From NCBI GenBank assembly GCA_010015585.1, contig ML975149.1: a stretch of DNA of 64,000 nucleotides, one strand, 5' to 3'. Positions within the stretch are counted from its first letter, which is position 1. Each line of letters begins with the position of its first letter. This DNA comes from Eremomyces bilateralis CBS 781.70 (lineage: Eukaryota). Below the pieces are notes generated by a model. The model ran no database searches. It worked only from the letters and a program-made list of their open reading frames with translations, and was not told where the DNA came from. Positions 1-12,581 of this stretch are shown in pieces. The translations under genes were made by a program, and so were the position numbers.

Positions 1-562
1 ACATGCATCAGCGGTATCAACAGGTATCCTCCACCTCATATGAACTCCGCTTGCCATGAAATAAATCCATCGTGCTGGGTATAAAACAACTGTACAAGAA
101 CAGAATTCCTCACCCTCTACCAACTCAACTGCTCCTGAACTCCATATGCACCTCAATTACTACCCTCACCCATCCATCGTTACCAACACGACCTCCAACC
201 TTCAGATAACCCGCGAGAAGAGCCTTCCACCCATCCCCCACACCCTGCCCCCTCTTTCACATAATCTCACACTTCAAAACCCTCCTCCTCCTCTTCCTCT
301 TAGGGCCCACCCCAGCCCGGCCCCCCATCAATCCCCCGGCCTCCCCCTCCCTCAACACCGCCTGCCTCCAATCTGACGCCCCATCCGACTCCTGTCGCCC
401 CTCACCATCCTCCCGTTCAATCCCCGCTGCGTCGAGCATCTCGTCGCGGTCGCTCGGGTGCCCGTGGCGGGTGAAGGCGCGGGGGATGGTCATGGGTGGG
501 GGGAAGGGGGAGCCGGAGGACGATGGGGGGGACGGGAAACGGGTTTCTTCTCGCGGTAATTG

Positions 563-2542
563 TCACCTGTGGCCTCTTTCGCGGGGCCGGGTTTGGTGGT
601 GGTAGGTTGGGGGGGTGTCGTCGTAGGCGATGCGGATTTCGTCGCTGTGGCGGGAGGGGTCGAGGTCAGGTGGGTGGTCGTGGGATCGTGGGTGCGACTT
701 GGGGCTGGTGTCGTGGTAGCCTGTGACGGCGTGGTGGATGGGGGTGGACTCGGGGCTGATGCTGCCTTGCTTCGTGTGGCGTAGGGAGCGCTGGCGGCCG
801 GATGACGGGGGTGTGTTCGGGAGTGGTTTATCGATTGGGCTCGGCCCGACCGGAGTCTTTGGGCTCGGTCCAGCAGGTGTGCGAGCGCTGGGAGTGCGTT
901 TGTGGGAGTGTGCGGGTGTGCGTGTCGTAGTGGAGCTTGTTCGGGTTGTCGCCGGAGATGTTCGTTGTGGGGTTGTAGAAGGAGGGGACACACGTCTTGA
1001 GGCTGTTCGTGATGGAGGACTTCCAGAAGAGCGACGGCGGAGTCTGGTTGTGGTGGATTGGGGTGATCGTTTCGAATCAGAGGGTTGTCGGGCGTGCCGG
1101 GGTTGTGTGGATGCCTGTGAGGTAGGGTAAATCGGCATGGGAATTGATGGTACTCCCACTGGCCGGGCGGTGGGCGGAATGTATGTGTAGGCATAGGACG
1201 CTGACACAACAGGGTCGTGCAGTGGACCAGAAGGTCGCGGATGACGCATAGACGGGAGTTGAACGGCAGCTGTTCGTGCTGGGCTTTCTGCAGTAGTGTC
1301 TCGCCTTGGAGAAGGTTTGGTGGTCACTGGAGCAGCCCGTGGTGATTCCCGAGACCGCGCTGGTGATGGCTGACTCGTTTGCGGCACCACGGGCTGTTGC
1401 ACTGCTCGTTCCGGTGTCGATTCTAGTGGCGTATGCTCTGATCTTGCAGTGCGCTCATTCTTTTTCCCTTTCCCTTGCGGCGTTCGCTGTTCTTCGCCCT
1501 CTGCATCTGGTTGGGGTGTCGGCTGCTCGCCAGGCGCAACTCGTCTCATCACGCCGCCGAGTAAGCCGACCAACCCTGCAACAACCTCAAACTCGGTGTC
1601 CGTCAACCCTTCGTCGGCGCGATATACCTCCCTAACCGCTCCTCGTGCGAGTCGCTTGGCCCCATCATAATCATGGGCGACATCCCACAAGAACGCGGAA
1701 TGCTCCAACGCGACCGAAAGTCGAAGGGGATGGGAGCCGGGAAGGAGAGTTGTGGATAGACTCGTCGCATGTGCGAATAGCGATGTTGTGGTCGGTATGT
1801 AGTTCAGAGCTGGAAGGATGAACGAGCTAGGATGTGGAGGAAGCGGTGAAAATCCCGGTGGTAGCCCTGGTGGCAATTGAGTTCGAGCTACTGAGCTTGG
1901 CCCCGCACCCGAAGTTGGAGTCGGAACCAGACCCGTGTTCTCGGGGCGTAGGGGAGTAATATTGGAGTATGGATTGGTGATATACGAGGCTTCCGACGTG
2001 ATGCTCGGGATTGGGTCTCGCAACTTCGTGCGCCCTTGACCATTGTTGGGAGAGTTGTCCTGAGTCGGGCCTCCAGATTTCCGTTTCTGGCCCGTGCTCG
2101 GCGTTCTTCCCTCCAAGGCCCCAGATCCAGTCCCTTGTGCTGTTGGCTTGCTTCCGGAGCCGGGCGAAGATCCTCCACCAATTGATGTCACTGGTGGATT
2201 GTTATGGAAGAGGCAAAAGATATGGTAGAAGCTTGCGCGTAGCTTTGCTGCTAGGACGCGTAATTCCGCACTATGATCTGCACGCTCGACGTACGGGAGT
2301 ACGCCGACCTCGAGGGTTGCAAGACCTTCGCGGCTTAACCACAAAATGTGATGGTAAAGGTTCAAGCTCTTGGTGTCTCGAGATGTGTCCAAGCGACGCA
2401 ACTTCCGGGCGCGGAACAATCGCCGAGAAAGGAGAACGGAGAGACCGAGGATTTGGTAGAGGGACGAGGAGAGGAGCGCATGGGACTGAGATAGCGCCGC
2501 GAGTTGGCCGAGATACCTTTGGTCAACATCAGAGGATGCCAT
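563..2542 (-). CDS. Fungal 14-3-3-like domain protein with a long Ser/Pro/Thr-rich tail; possible readthrough extension to 257
   Basis: Single long ORF (563..2629); likely start MASSDVDQRYLG at 2542. Motifs LRVLAAKLRASFYHIFC and LLPGSHPLRLSVALEHSAFLWD resemble 14-3-3 helices (HPIRLGLALNFSVFYYE). Confidence 0.75.
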   Translation of the reverse strand: MASSDVDQRYLGQLAALSQSHALLSSSLYQILGLSVLLSRRLFRARKLRRLDTSRDTKSLNLYHHILWLSREGLATLEVGVLPYVERADHSAELRVLAAKLRASFYHIFCLFHNNPPVTSIGGGSSPGSGSKPTAQGTGSGALEGRTPSTGQKRKSGGPTQDNSPNNGQGRTKLRDPIPSITSEASYITNPYSNITPLRPENTGLVPTPTSGAGPSSVARTQLPPGLPPGFSPLPPHPSSFILPALNYIPTTTSLFAHATSLSTTLLPGSHPLRLSVALEHSAFLWDVAHDYDGAKRLARGAVREVYRADEGLTDTEFEVVAGLVGLLGGVMRRVAPGEQPTPQPDAEGEEQRTPQGKGKKNERTARSEHTPLESTPERAVQQPVVPQTSQPSPARSRESPRAAPVTTKPSPRRDTTAESPARTAAVQLPSMRHPRPSGPLHDPVVSASYAYTYIPPTARPVGVPSIPMPIYPTSQASTQPRHARQPSDSKRSPQSTTTRLRRRSSGSPPSRTASRRVSPPSTTPQRTSPATTRTSSTTTRTPAHSHKRTPSARTPAGPSPKTPVGPSPIDKPLPNTPPSSGRQRSLRHTKQGSISPESTPIHHAVTGYHDTSPKSHPRSHDHPPDLDPSRHSDEIRIAYDDTPPTYHHQTRPRERGHR

Positions 2543-5500
2543 GCCGCAATCGGCTGGATGATGGTCAGCCTTGTCTAAAGTCTCGGCAGATAAAACACAA
2601 GATGGATGAGGTTGCATGTGTGGCGCCATGATGTGAGAGTGAGCACGAGTATCGCTTGAGAATTCGAAGAATGGTGTCTGAGTTTACTGGAACATGGTAT
2701 TGTTGTGGAGAAGAAACGAGTGAGTGAAAGAAGAGCGAAATGCATAGTAAGTGAAATAGATTCACGGTTTGAAGAAATGAAGCTACGATTGTCATGATGC
2801 AACTGAATTCACTCACCATCTGATTTTGGTTCTCGTTACTCTCGCAATTCGTCTTCCACGGGGAGGACTGATTTGCAACCAACTGTTTGCCGGTGTCTTG
2901 TGGTCAAGCTGCCGTGCCGAGATGTTTGCTTTTATCTTCCTCAATGCTATAAGTTCTTGATCCAAGCACTTCGCGGTTTGATGTTTGAGTTCCTCTTTTC
3001 AAACCTCCCGTTAGGGGTTGATGTGCTCACGTCCGTTTCTTGCAGTCTCTCAGAACCTCGTCGCGTTATACCGGTGGCGTCCGATCCAAGCCTCCGGTCA
3101 AGAGTGGTCTGGTCCAAAGGAGTGGAATGATATCAGGACAACTTCTCGTTTCAGAGATGGGTAACTGACAGCTCAATGGCTTAGAAAGGGTATAGAAAGT
3201 GCATTCGGTTATCCGAGAGTCGACAAAGGATGAAAGTTTCCAGCTCTCGATGGTGGCAATGTAGCTTTGGACTTCACAGTGATTTCGGATGCCCAGCAGA
3301 CGATTCTCAAGTACTCGCGAGTCACCTCCGGCTCTCGTAGATCGATCCGGTACCAGTTTCCTTGGATGATGAGCCGGACTCCCCAGCCTCCTAAGCGCAG
3401 GGACTACCTTCGACAGTTTCAGAGACCCAGCGGTACCCGTAGTCAATGAGGAGCGGTCAGCACAGAATCTGGACGAGGTGATCCGACCCGTCGATGCCCC
3501 AATGATCTCGTTGAGATGCTATTTCGCGGTTCCCATTCGCCCACCCCCGTTGCCTTCGGTCCAATCAGGGGTCACGCCGCGTCTGGCTCGGAGATTTCAA
3601 TGCGCCTGCAATTGCGGATGTTTTCCAGAACGGGGCCTCGTGGAGGCTGTCGATGTCTCTATTTAGTTCCTTCGTGTCCGCTTTGCGGAATTCCTTGGGT
3701 TGTGTTGTGCCCCCTCTTGATTGACGCCGGCTTCGTTGGTGCCGGTGATGATGGTGTCGGATGTCAGGCACGGCCCGATGCCACGGTCCTTGTAACGGGA
3801 CGATGGGCGATGTTCCTGTCCACTTGGATAGATGCGAGAAACGGGGATTGAATCATTGCGCTTTGCAAGGAATTCAAGATCGTTCACCTCTATCAATTGG
3901 AACCCCACAAGATCAATCGCAACGGCGATTTCAGACGGGTATGGAAGAGCCTTTATGCTGACTCTTTGATGAGGCGGTGTGGATATGGCCAGAGCTTTCC
4001 GCGCCTCTCACTTCGTCTTTGAATCGTTTCAACGTCACGGTAATTTGCAGGAACCGATCTTTCTTCCTTTTGCATGCTTCGTTTGGCTTGCTGGCCGCTC
4101 AATTTGGCGACTTGTCGTCCATTTGTAGCCTGTGGGGTTGAAATTTGAGGATTCTTTCGTGCCAACGTTCGCTGCAAGCTGCAGGGAGCTCTCGTTCGAT
4201 GACACTGCGGCTGCTGTGCAAATGCTGTGGCTCACAAGCCACCAGTTGGTCTCGCTTCTGCTGTAGAATCAAAATCTCATGAACCAAGTTACAAAGATGA
4301 GCAATATCCTTTGCAAGCTTATTGCAGCACCGCGACGAGTTGACCAAGGTCAATTGTTTTAAGACAGAGAGTTTAGACTTCGCACTCTCGAGCAGCAAGA
4401 CAACAACGAAGAAATGACACACATTCCTCTTCAAAGCCGGGCAGGCCAGACCAGCCGATGAACTGGCAATTATTCTTAGGGAAAAGCTATAGTTACAGGG
4501 TTATGATAGAACCTCTGCATGATTGACACGTAGCCCAGCGTCCTGCAGTCTGATGCAGGACCCAAACCAAGTTGGGGAGTTCACGTTGGATTGCCAATAC
4601 CACAACCCTTTCTGCTTTAAATTGCCCCAGATGACGCTGATGTGTCGCCAGAATCTACCCGCGGTAGGAGGGCTTTCCGGCTCCGCCCTGCGATGGATTG
4701 AGCGTTGGTAGCCTCTTGATCCATCGAGGGATGTTAAGACTTTTGGGCATCCTCGGACTTTGCTCCGCTGGCAAGTGTTTCAGCTCAATTGAGACGAGAA
4801 GGCACGGATCCAGTGGCTTTAGCATTGACTTGAACGTTTCGGGGCTGAGAGTCTGGGGAAGCCAGGCCCCCGCCTGTATCGCCTCGTAATTTGGAGACTC
4901 AACGCCTTGCACACTTTGAGGCTCGAGTATGCCGCCAAAGAAGCGCTAGCCGGGCTTAGTTTGGTGGTGAACAACTCCCAGCGTGCCACGCAACCCTCCA
5001 ACTTCATCAACCTTATGTCGACTTTGAGTACTTGCTGTTAACGTCGCGCTGATGATGACGGTCGTGCCATTGGACCGACTGCCAGGTCATCACTCGAGGC
5101 ATGTTCCTTGTATCAAAATCAACGATGACATGGGACTTCGGTGTGGCCCGTCATCGCCCCACCCCGAACAACCAAAACTCCGTGTCCTGTCGCATGTCAA
5201 TACGCATGCCCGTTTTGCCGTGACGCTTGTGGATTCCTGCAGCATCAATCCGTTTGCTTGGGCTCTTCATACATGGGTGAAGATTACTGAATGGACGGCA
5301 AACAAACGAATTCTGACCCGCGGTACAGCTGCTGGTACCTCATATCATCATCCAGGCACATCTTGCTCTTCAAGTCTTCGTCTTTCGTTTAATTTCGAAG
5401 CCAAAGCGACCATAAACAGTCTTCATCACCAACTTGCCGGGCCGTTTCGGAGATCATCTCCCAAGCAATTTGGATTGGATCCGTCATTTGCTAAACTGGA

Positions 5501-8500
5501 ACAGCCATGGTCTGAAGAATGCAGGCGATGCATCCTTTCCTTACCGCCCAAAAAGGAGAAAGACGGTGAGGCACGTGATCTTATTGAGATTGCTTTTTCG
5601 GTGCAAACTGACGGTTGATATTTCTGAAGAGGAGGATTTTCGATGTTACAGGTAATCTGAGCAAACAGGTTTCCCGTCAATAATGTTGACGTTTGTTTAA
5701 GCTGGTGTCATTCCTTGGTTCCGTTCGCCCTGGAGGACCACCATCTGGCACAACTTTCCAACATCCAAGTCTCTTGCTTCAACGTCTTCTTTGTAGAAAA
5801 GCAGCCATGGAACTGTCAGAAAATGGTTGATCCATTACGTCGTCTTCGGACCTAAATGTCTTGTCATTTCAGCAGCAGAAGTCTAAAATATCCTACTCCC
5901 TGCGTCGGTTTCAGTTTGCTAGTATGTTCTTTTCGCAACGTGTTGTCTCTCGCGAGAATTACATGAAAGGTATCTTCAAACCCAACTACTACCAGGGCTG
6001 CCCGGGCAGAAATGCTAACTCGACCGACACACGCGATGGTAGAATAAAAGAAAAGGACGATTCCTTGGATGCCGCTCTATGCGAAGTTCAAAGGCCTAAG
6101 GTTCGGTGTACCACAGGAACGACATCCTGTACAGAATCTATGAGGAAAGCTTGCACTGCGCATCATCCTCTGCTCGAATCAGACCTTCCTTTATGCCCTC
6201 CAATTCCCGCGGGTCCCAGCCGTGCTTCTACGTCTCCTCCATAAATAGTTATAGTATCTCCTCCTTTCGATATGTCTTTCTCGTGTTTCACACTTGCATA
6301 TTCTATATCCAAGTCAATATAATTACTAGTATAAGTCCATGCTTCAGATGACATTTATGATCATAAACCCGTCCGACAGAGTAATTCCGTCACTCATCTC
6401 ATTCATGTCCACGAATCCTCCAATGAGCCAACGATTTGCGAATCCCCAGTCGGATATCGAAGCCTAACTCCGTTTCATATTAAGCCTTCTACAGAATTTC
6501 CCTTCCACATGAAGAAATCCCTTTGTTAGAGAACTGAAAGGGATTGTTTGGATTCTCTGTGAATACAATCCCGCAAAGATCAGCGGAGCATACCCTGTGC
6601 GATGGCGCACAAAGAAATGTGTGCAGTGACGTCTCAAGAACGAAGTTCCACACGAGATCGAGCGGTTGAAACACAAGTTCATCAACATCATTTCCCATGC
6701 GATCACATCCTGTGTATTGGAGAAATGACGACAATATCAGTCGCCACCATGGCAGACTGATGCAAACCCCGCCACCGCCGCCAAACGCACTTAGATATTC
6801 CCAAACATTCGGAAATGCCAATAGCGTCTATGGCGAGTGCCGCTACATGAGCATCGACCATCGGCTAGCGCTTAAGTCACCTCTGCTCTCCGCCGAGCCC
6901 CCTCCTACCCCTTACCTTTATCGCCACACCGCTAGTCGCAGGAAATAGCAAAAATAGCACATCAGCCAGCGAGCCGACAACCGTTGGGAACCAAATCCAA
7001 AAATACCCGATAGGTGCTTTGTCATTTGCGGTTACAATGGCTACTTCATTACAGGAGCGGATCGACGTTCATCGTACTGGATGATCAGCGCAATGCGCTG
7101 GCTATTTAGGCTGAAGATTTACCTTGCCGCCGCGTGTGGGACGTGGAAAACTCGACAATGGGTATGTGAGACTCGTAAATATGGGTTTGGTGGTTTCTTT
7201 TAGGCGGTGTGCAACGTATTTGGTCGAGGCCAGATAGTACGCGGTCTGACAACCCAGTACAACCTTACCTCAGCGCATCGACAGAACCTACCACGACAGC
7301 AAATTCCATGAGGTCATTTTCCAGTGGACCTGGGGTAAGTTTGCTGCCCATAACTGCGAGGTCTGCCCTTGGTCAATCTCTGATGAAATGTGGCTAGCAA
7401 TTTCGCCAGCCATGTTGAACACAATTTCCCGTCTCCTGATCATCAGGCGGGATCCACATGAACAAGTCCTGCAGAAATCTTGTCGTGTTATTTGTTTCTG
7501 TGAAGATTTCTTGCACCAGTCTCCCCGTATCCTTCTCATTTCGTTCTTCCGGGGAATCATTTGCCACTCTATGACCAAAAGTCAATGTTCTTATCTTGTC
7601 CTTCTGTGGCTTAGGGAGTTATTAGAAGGATCCTAGTTGCGCTTTGCCCTCGATCAAGCAAATACTATAAGCGTGTTATCTATCAACAGCCTATTATGCC
7701 AAGCTCAACGTTATCATGTCAACCCCTATCGCCCCGACGCCTCAGAATGGGCTTGGGAGCTTAGATGCCTTTATCAGCGAAGTCAGAGCAGTTAATGGAA
7801 GCACTTATAAAACCCCAGAAAATGGAAGGCCAGGTAGGGTAACTAGATGGACGCCAACCTGTAGAAATGGTGTCAAGTTGAGCAAAGCTATATTGTCCCC
7901 CGCATGCTCACAACTATTTAAGCATCTATCCATCTCTCAATTCATCCTCTTTTCTTTTTTTTTCTTACACTAAAATCATCTACCTCTATCTCCACCTCAC
8001 CGCTTGTGTTGTTACTTGCGCGAGAACAAAATAGGTAAGTTTCGGAGGATGGAACGCCGGCTCAGTGCAGTCCACTCCTTGTATACCTGGGAGAAACACA
8101 TCCAAGGTGACAACGAACATTGTTGCCGGCTCCCTCGGTCTTTTGGAATAAAGTCCGCCAATATACCAGCACTTAATAACAAAAGAACAAAAGGCATATT
8201 AATTCAAGCAGCACTAGCACCCCGGCCAAGTACTTTCTCAGTGGCGGTCTGGCAATTTTCCTTTGTCCGTTCCTTCCCTACAACCATCGCGAGCCTTCGC
8301 ATCCTCTTCTTGCCCAGCACGGGCAAACGGGGTCATGTCGTTCCAAATGGGTGGACAGAGTTCACCAAATGCCAAAAACCTCTCTCCCACTTCAAATGCT
8401 TTATTCCTTGCTTATAACTCACTCAGCATTGGTATCTCCAAGATAGAGTTTGACACTCCGAAATACCGACGAGCAGCACTGTCGTCAAGGAGCTTCAAGG

Positions 8501-8526
8501 CCAGCCCTGCATCTATCTTCACATGC

Positions 8527-8832
8527 ATGCCTCTGACCAATCGTTCATTCGGATGCAATGTCCACATTTATAATGCCAATAATCCCAATACTATGCCTAG
8601 CGGCTTGGTTCTCACTACCGGGGCTATCATAAATACGAATGTCCATAACTATATAGTTCCCCCTTTTAAAGGGACGAACTTTCTCAATTCAATTCATCTT
8701 CTTAAAACTATCTACAAGTCAAGCAAATGCCTTTTACCTTGCCTTTATTACAACATTGTTACACAAAGGAGGGTAGTTCAGGATCTACTTCTTAACGAAT
8801 CTAGCACAGATTTTGAAGGCTTCAGCACATAA
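8527..8832 (+). pseudogene. Possible RIP-degenerate relic of a fungal HNH-nuclease-family gene (N-terminal part only)
   Basis: MPLTNRSFGCNVHIYNANNPNTMPSGLVLTTG resembles the recalled N-terminus RSxGRDVHIYDxxDPxxVLGGLxLTNG, with D>N and G>S changes typical of G>A mutation. No HNH core was recognised. Confidence 0.3.
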
Positions 8833-9689
8833 CGTTTGGGATCTGGGTGTGTCTATTGACGTTGCGACGCTATCTCATGGTCGTTCTCTAGGCTTTTGTT
8901 TGTCTCCGTGCCTTCTGCTGGATGGGAAACTGGGACAGCACATCCAAATAATTCGTAGAACCAGTCTGCCCAGTCTCAAGTGCGACTCGTAGCGCTCGCC
9001 ATTGGCACCCCGAAGACAGGGCCAAGAGGCCCATAATTTGCTCAAAGAGAAATATCAGGGTCAGCAGCCTATCAATAGAAACGCCGAACAAGAAATTAAC
9101 GTGGAGCAGATAGAGGATGCCTTCGACGTGTTCGCAATATTGCACAAGATCAGCTTCGACTGCTACGAGTCTTTTCGAGGCCACCGCGACCGCCAAGGCG
9201 GTGGGCAACTGGATAATGGAACAGTGTCTATCGGGAGGAATCCTTTGAATCTGGTGGCACTGGTTCTCACAAGACCAAGACTCCAGTCTATCAGCGCAAG
9301 AGGTAGGGTTGTTGACAGATAGAGGGTGAGTGATTGAAGACTAGTAGTATTATTGCTGGCATCTAGCATTATAGAGCTCGAGGTAACAAACACAGCCCTA
9401 GAAGAACATAAAGCCAAAACGGCCGATCTTCGCCACCAGTTGGAGCTATCCCTCCCCCAGCTGAAGCGCAGAGCAACGATATTCTGGGGATGGTTTCGAA
9501 TTCCAACACTAGCTAACTTCAATCAGATTGTCACCACTTGGATCTGCTCAGATTCGATTCACGATACATCGGGATGAATACACGGGATCCAGCAGATTCA
9601 GGCTACTTCATGCTGCCCTACAATGTTTATGGACACAACATTTCATTACCTTGGCAGTCCACTTCAGGGACCACTGGGGTTTCGTGTTT

Positions 9690-10654
9690 CTTCGACCAGC
9701 CACTCAAAATGGGGTGTCTACGCCCGCCCACTGATTTTTACAGTGAGAGTCCTCAGCCGCTTCAAACGCAAGGCTCCAAGCATGCCAGAGTTTAATGCCT
9801 ATTTGTAACGAGCAATACGGTATTCTGTATGAAGAACTAGTAGCAATGGCACTGATTTAGCAACATCTCATATTCTCCAGCCCCTTGACGTCGCTTGCTT
9901 TCCCCCCCCGAAGACCAGATATCACCAGCAATAATCCCTTCTCAGCTCCCTTGATGATGCTGCTGAGATCAAAATCATAATTTTATAGATATATATAATA
10001 AGTTAAGATCCCAGGCACTGGATGTACGCAACATTTGTTCCAGATTCGCGGGGACCGGAATAGTTCCGTTTATCAAGGCTAAAGTATTAATAAATAGCAC
10101 CCAATTGAATGCCAACCATGATATTATTATACGGCCTACTACACCCGAACCTCATCCTGAATATATATTCCATACACCGCAAGACCTTAATTAAGATAGT
10201 CTACGAGCAAAAATTTGATGATTTGACGGCAAGGAGTATCAGGGGGTTCGAGGGGAAGGTTGCAAAATCTCTCAGCGCAAAGAATGCGAAAATTGCAGAG
10301 CTCGAAGCAGAGGATTTATTCTCCGAAAAGCTGTTGATGAACTATTAGGGGGGACTTAGGGCAAAGAGAGAAAAAGAGTCCTAGTAAATCTAAACGAGCG
10401 ATTCGCAACAATTGATCAAATTGTTGCGGCTCAAGACAAGGCCAGAGGAGTCAGCAATGGCGGCAAAACGCCGCATATTTAATGCGGAAGAGACATCATG
10501 ACAAACTTGAGCAGACTGGTGTTAAATCGCTTTGCTCCCAATTTCAGTTAAATTTAAGTAGAAATAATATGGTGGTGGATTTATCGCGAAAGTTCTACAA
10601 TTCTATGTTGGAAGACAGAAGCTTTGGGGTGGCTGGTGAACGGGTGCCTTGTCC
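9690..10654 (+). mobile_element. Internally deleted, degenerate Fot1/pogo-like (Tc1/mariner superfamily) DNA transposon
   Basis: TSHILQPLDVACF (QPLD catalytic motif) at 9863; QALDVRNICSRFAGTGIVPF at about 10012-10071; NERFATIDQIVAAQD near 10393. Short inverted match accagccac(t/cc)caaa at about 9695 vs 10623-10638; the right end is followed by TA. Many stops and frameshifts. Confidence 0.75.
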
Positions 10655-11482
10655 TAAGTAATTATTGGGGGAAAGGGAAGAGGCGATTTCATAGGTAAGG
10701 AGGAAGGAGCGACCCTCGGACTCGGCACACTCGGACATTATACATCAGTACGTCAGCATTCAGATTCCTCCTTTCAATCAGTCAATCACTCAAAGCAACA
10801 CCTGGACACACTCGAAGCATGATGGCCGAGTTTCCTGGTCAAAATAGAGGGGAAAAGTCGAAGCCAAAGCCATCTGCATACCGCTCTGAATCAGCCGACA
10901 AAAACGAGACGCCAATTCTGAACCGCCAAATGTATCGGTCTCGAACTCGCAAGCGCTAGCTCTAGTGGATGTATATAGAATATAGCATTCAACATCGTAG
11001 AACATGATGATTATGATTATCTTTTTAGTGCTGTGGCTCAACAAATCGCGGATCTGGATACCCATCTGGCTTTATATCAGGTGGCTCACTGCACGGGAAC
11101 CTGTTGCGGACACAACCATGGCCAATTGCAGATTGCGCGGTGTAATAGCTGGATAACCGAAGTAAGCAGCACTCGGGGGCTGGGGGAGATTCAAGGTCGA
11201 TAACCATGCAAAGAAACTGTGAAAATCGTACCCATCCTTAAGTTCCGTGATGATAAAGGAACTGGAGTCGTTCAAGGCTTGAAGCTATGGAGTGCGCCAC
11301 AGCCGACGCACCCCTGTCCAACCTAACTTCCGCAGTTTGCCCGCATCTCCAAATCACCTCAAGATCACGAATTGATACAACGGACTTTCTCCCCTTCGCA
11401 AAGTCTATATGATGACTATATCCACGCTATCCTAATCCTACCCAAACCACTTAACCACATCGCCCCTACAAACTCTCCCACA

Positions 11483-12128
11483 ATGCCAAGCGACGCGCCG
11501 ATGCCGTCCTCATTCGACGAGAATGAGTATGTCCCCCATTCTCGTCACCTCTCCCTCTACCCCCCATCCCTCCATAACCATTCCCTCAACTAACCCCCCC
11601 CACAGGGACTTCTACAACGAATCCCGCGCCGACAAACTTCTCCGCCTCCTCAAACAAGACCCCCTCGTCCCCCTCGGCTGCGCCCTCACCTGCTTCGCGC
11701 TGTACGGCGCCGCCTCCTCCCTCCGCCGCGGCGACTCTGCGCGCGCGAACATCATGTTCCGACGGCGGATCTACGCGCAGGGGTTCACGCTGTTCGCGGC
11801 GGTGGCGGGGTCGTATTACTGGGCAGACGACCGGACGAAGCGGCAGCAGTACGCGAAGTTGCAGGAGGAGCGGGCGGGGAAGGAGAAGCATGATAGGTGG
11901 ATTAGGGAGTTGGAGGCGAGGGAGGAGGAGGAGAAGGAGGAGAGGGAGAGGGTGAGGGGGGGGAGGAGGCAGGGGGAGGGGGAGAGGAGGAGGGAGATGG
12001 TGAAGGGGGTGAGGGGGGAGGTGGATGGGGGTAAGAAGGAGGTGGAGACGAGTAAGAGTGTGTTAGAGGAGTGTGAGATGAGGAGGTTGAGTGTGGTGGA
12101 AGCGGTGAAGGAGATGTTGGGGAGATGA
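11483..12128 (+). CDS. RCF1: Respiratory supercomplex factor 1 (HIG1 domain); exons 11483-11526 and 11606-12128
   Basis: Spliced protein MPSDAPMPSSFDENEDFYNE...DPLVPLGCALT...MFRRRIYAQGFT; GTATGT...CTAAC...CAG intron. Confidence 0.92.
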
Positions 12129-12581
12129 GCATGGTCGATCAGCCGGGGCCATCGGGGGGATTGTATATATACTGTGAAACACCCTCCTCACTGTTTAGGC
12201 GTTTGGGGCATACAGGGCACCGGATGGGGTACCATGACTCTATCGAAAGTCCGGACACACGTCCGCTGAACCGGAATAATGAAAATCATCAAATATTAAG
12301 ATGGTTTATCAATATGAAAATCATGCACCGCCAGTGCCTCCCAAAAAACACCGTGCAAGCCGCAAAGGCGCCTTGTGCGACTCCCTATACTACAAGAACA
12401 ATGCTGTGCGATCGCCGCACCTAGGGTGACCGAGCAGGCGTTGGGGATCGCGACCCGCGAGATGGGATCTCGCCGTCCACCTGTCCTGCCCTGTACACCA
12501 TTCAAGAGTCGATCGCGCGCGTCCGTCTCCGTCATACACCCGCTTCTATTGTCCCTGCAACAATACTCCAACAGTCCAACC

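Noticed and set aside
490..1209. 239-aa alternative-frame ORF and several antisense ORFs over the 14-3-3-like gene
   Set aside because: Shadow ORFs caused by GC-rich, low-complexity sequence; no recognisable domain.
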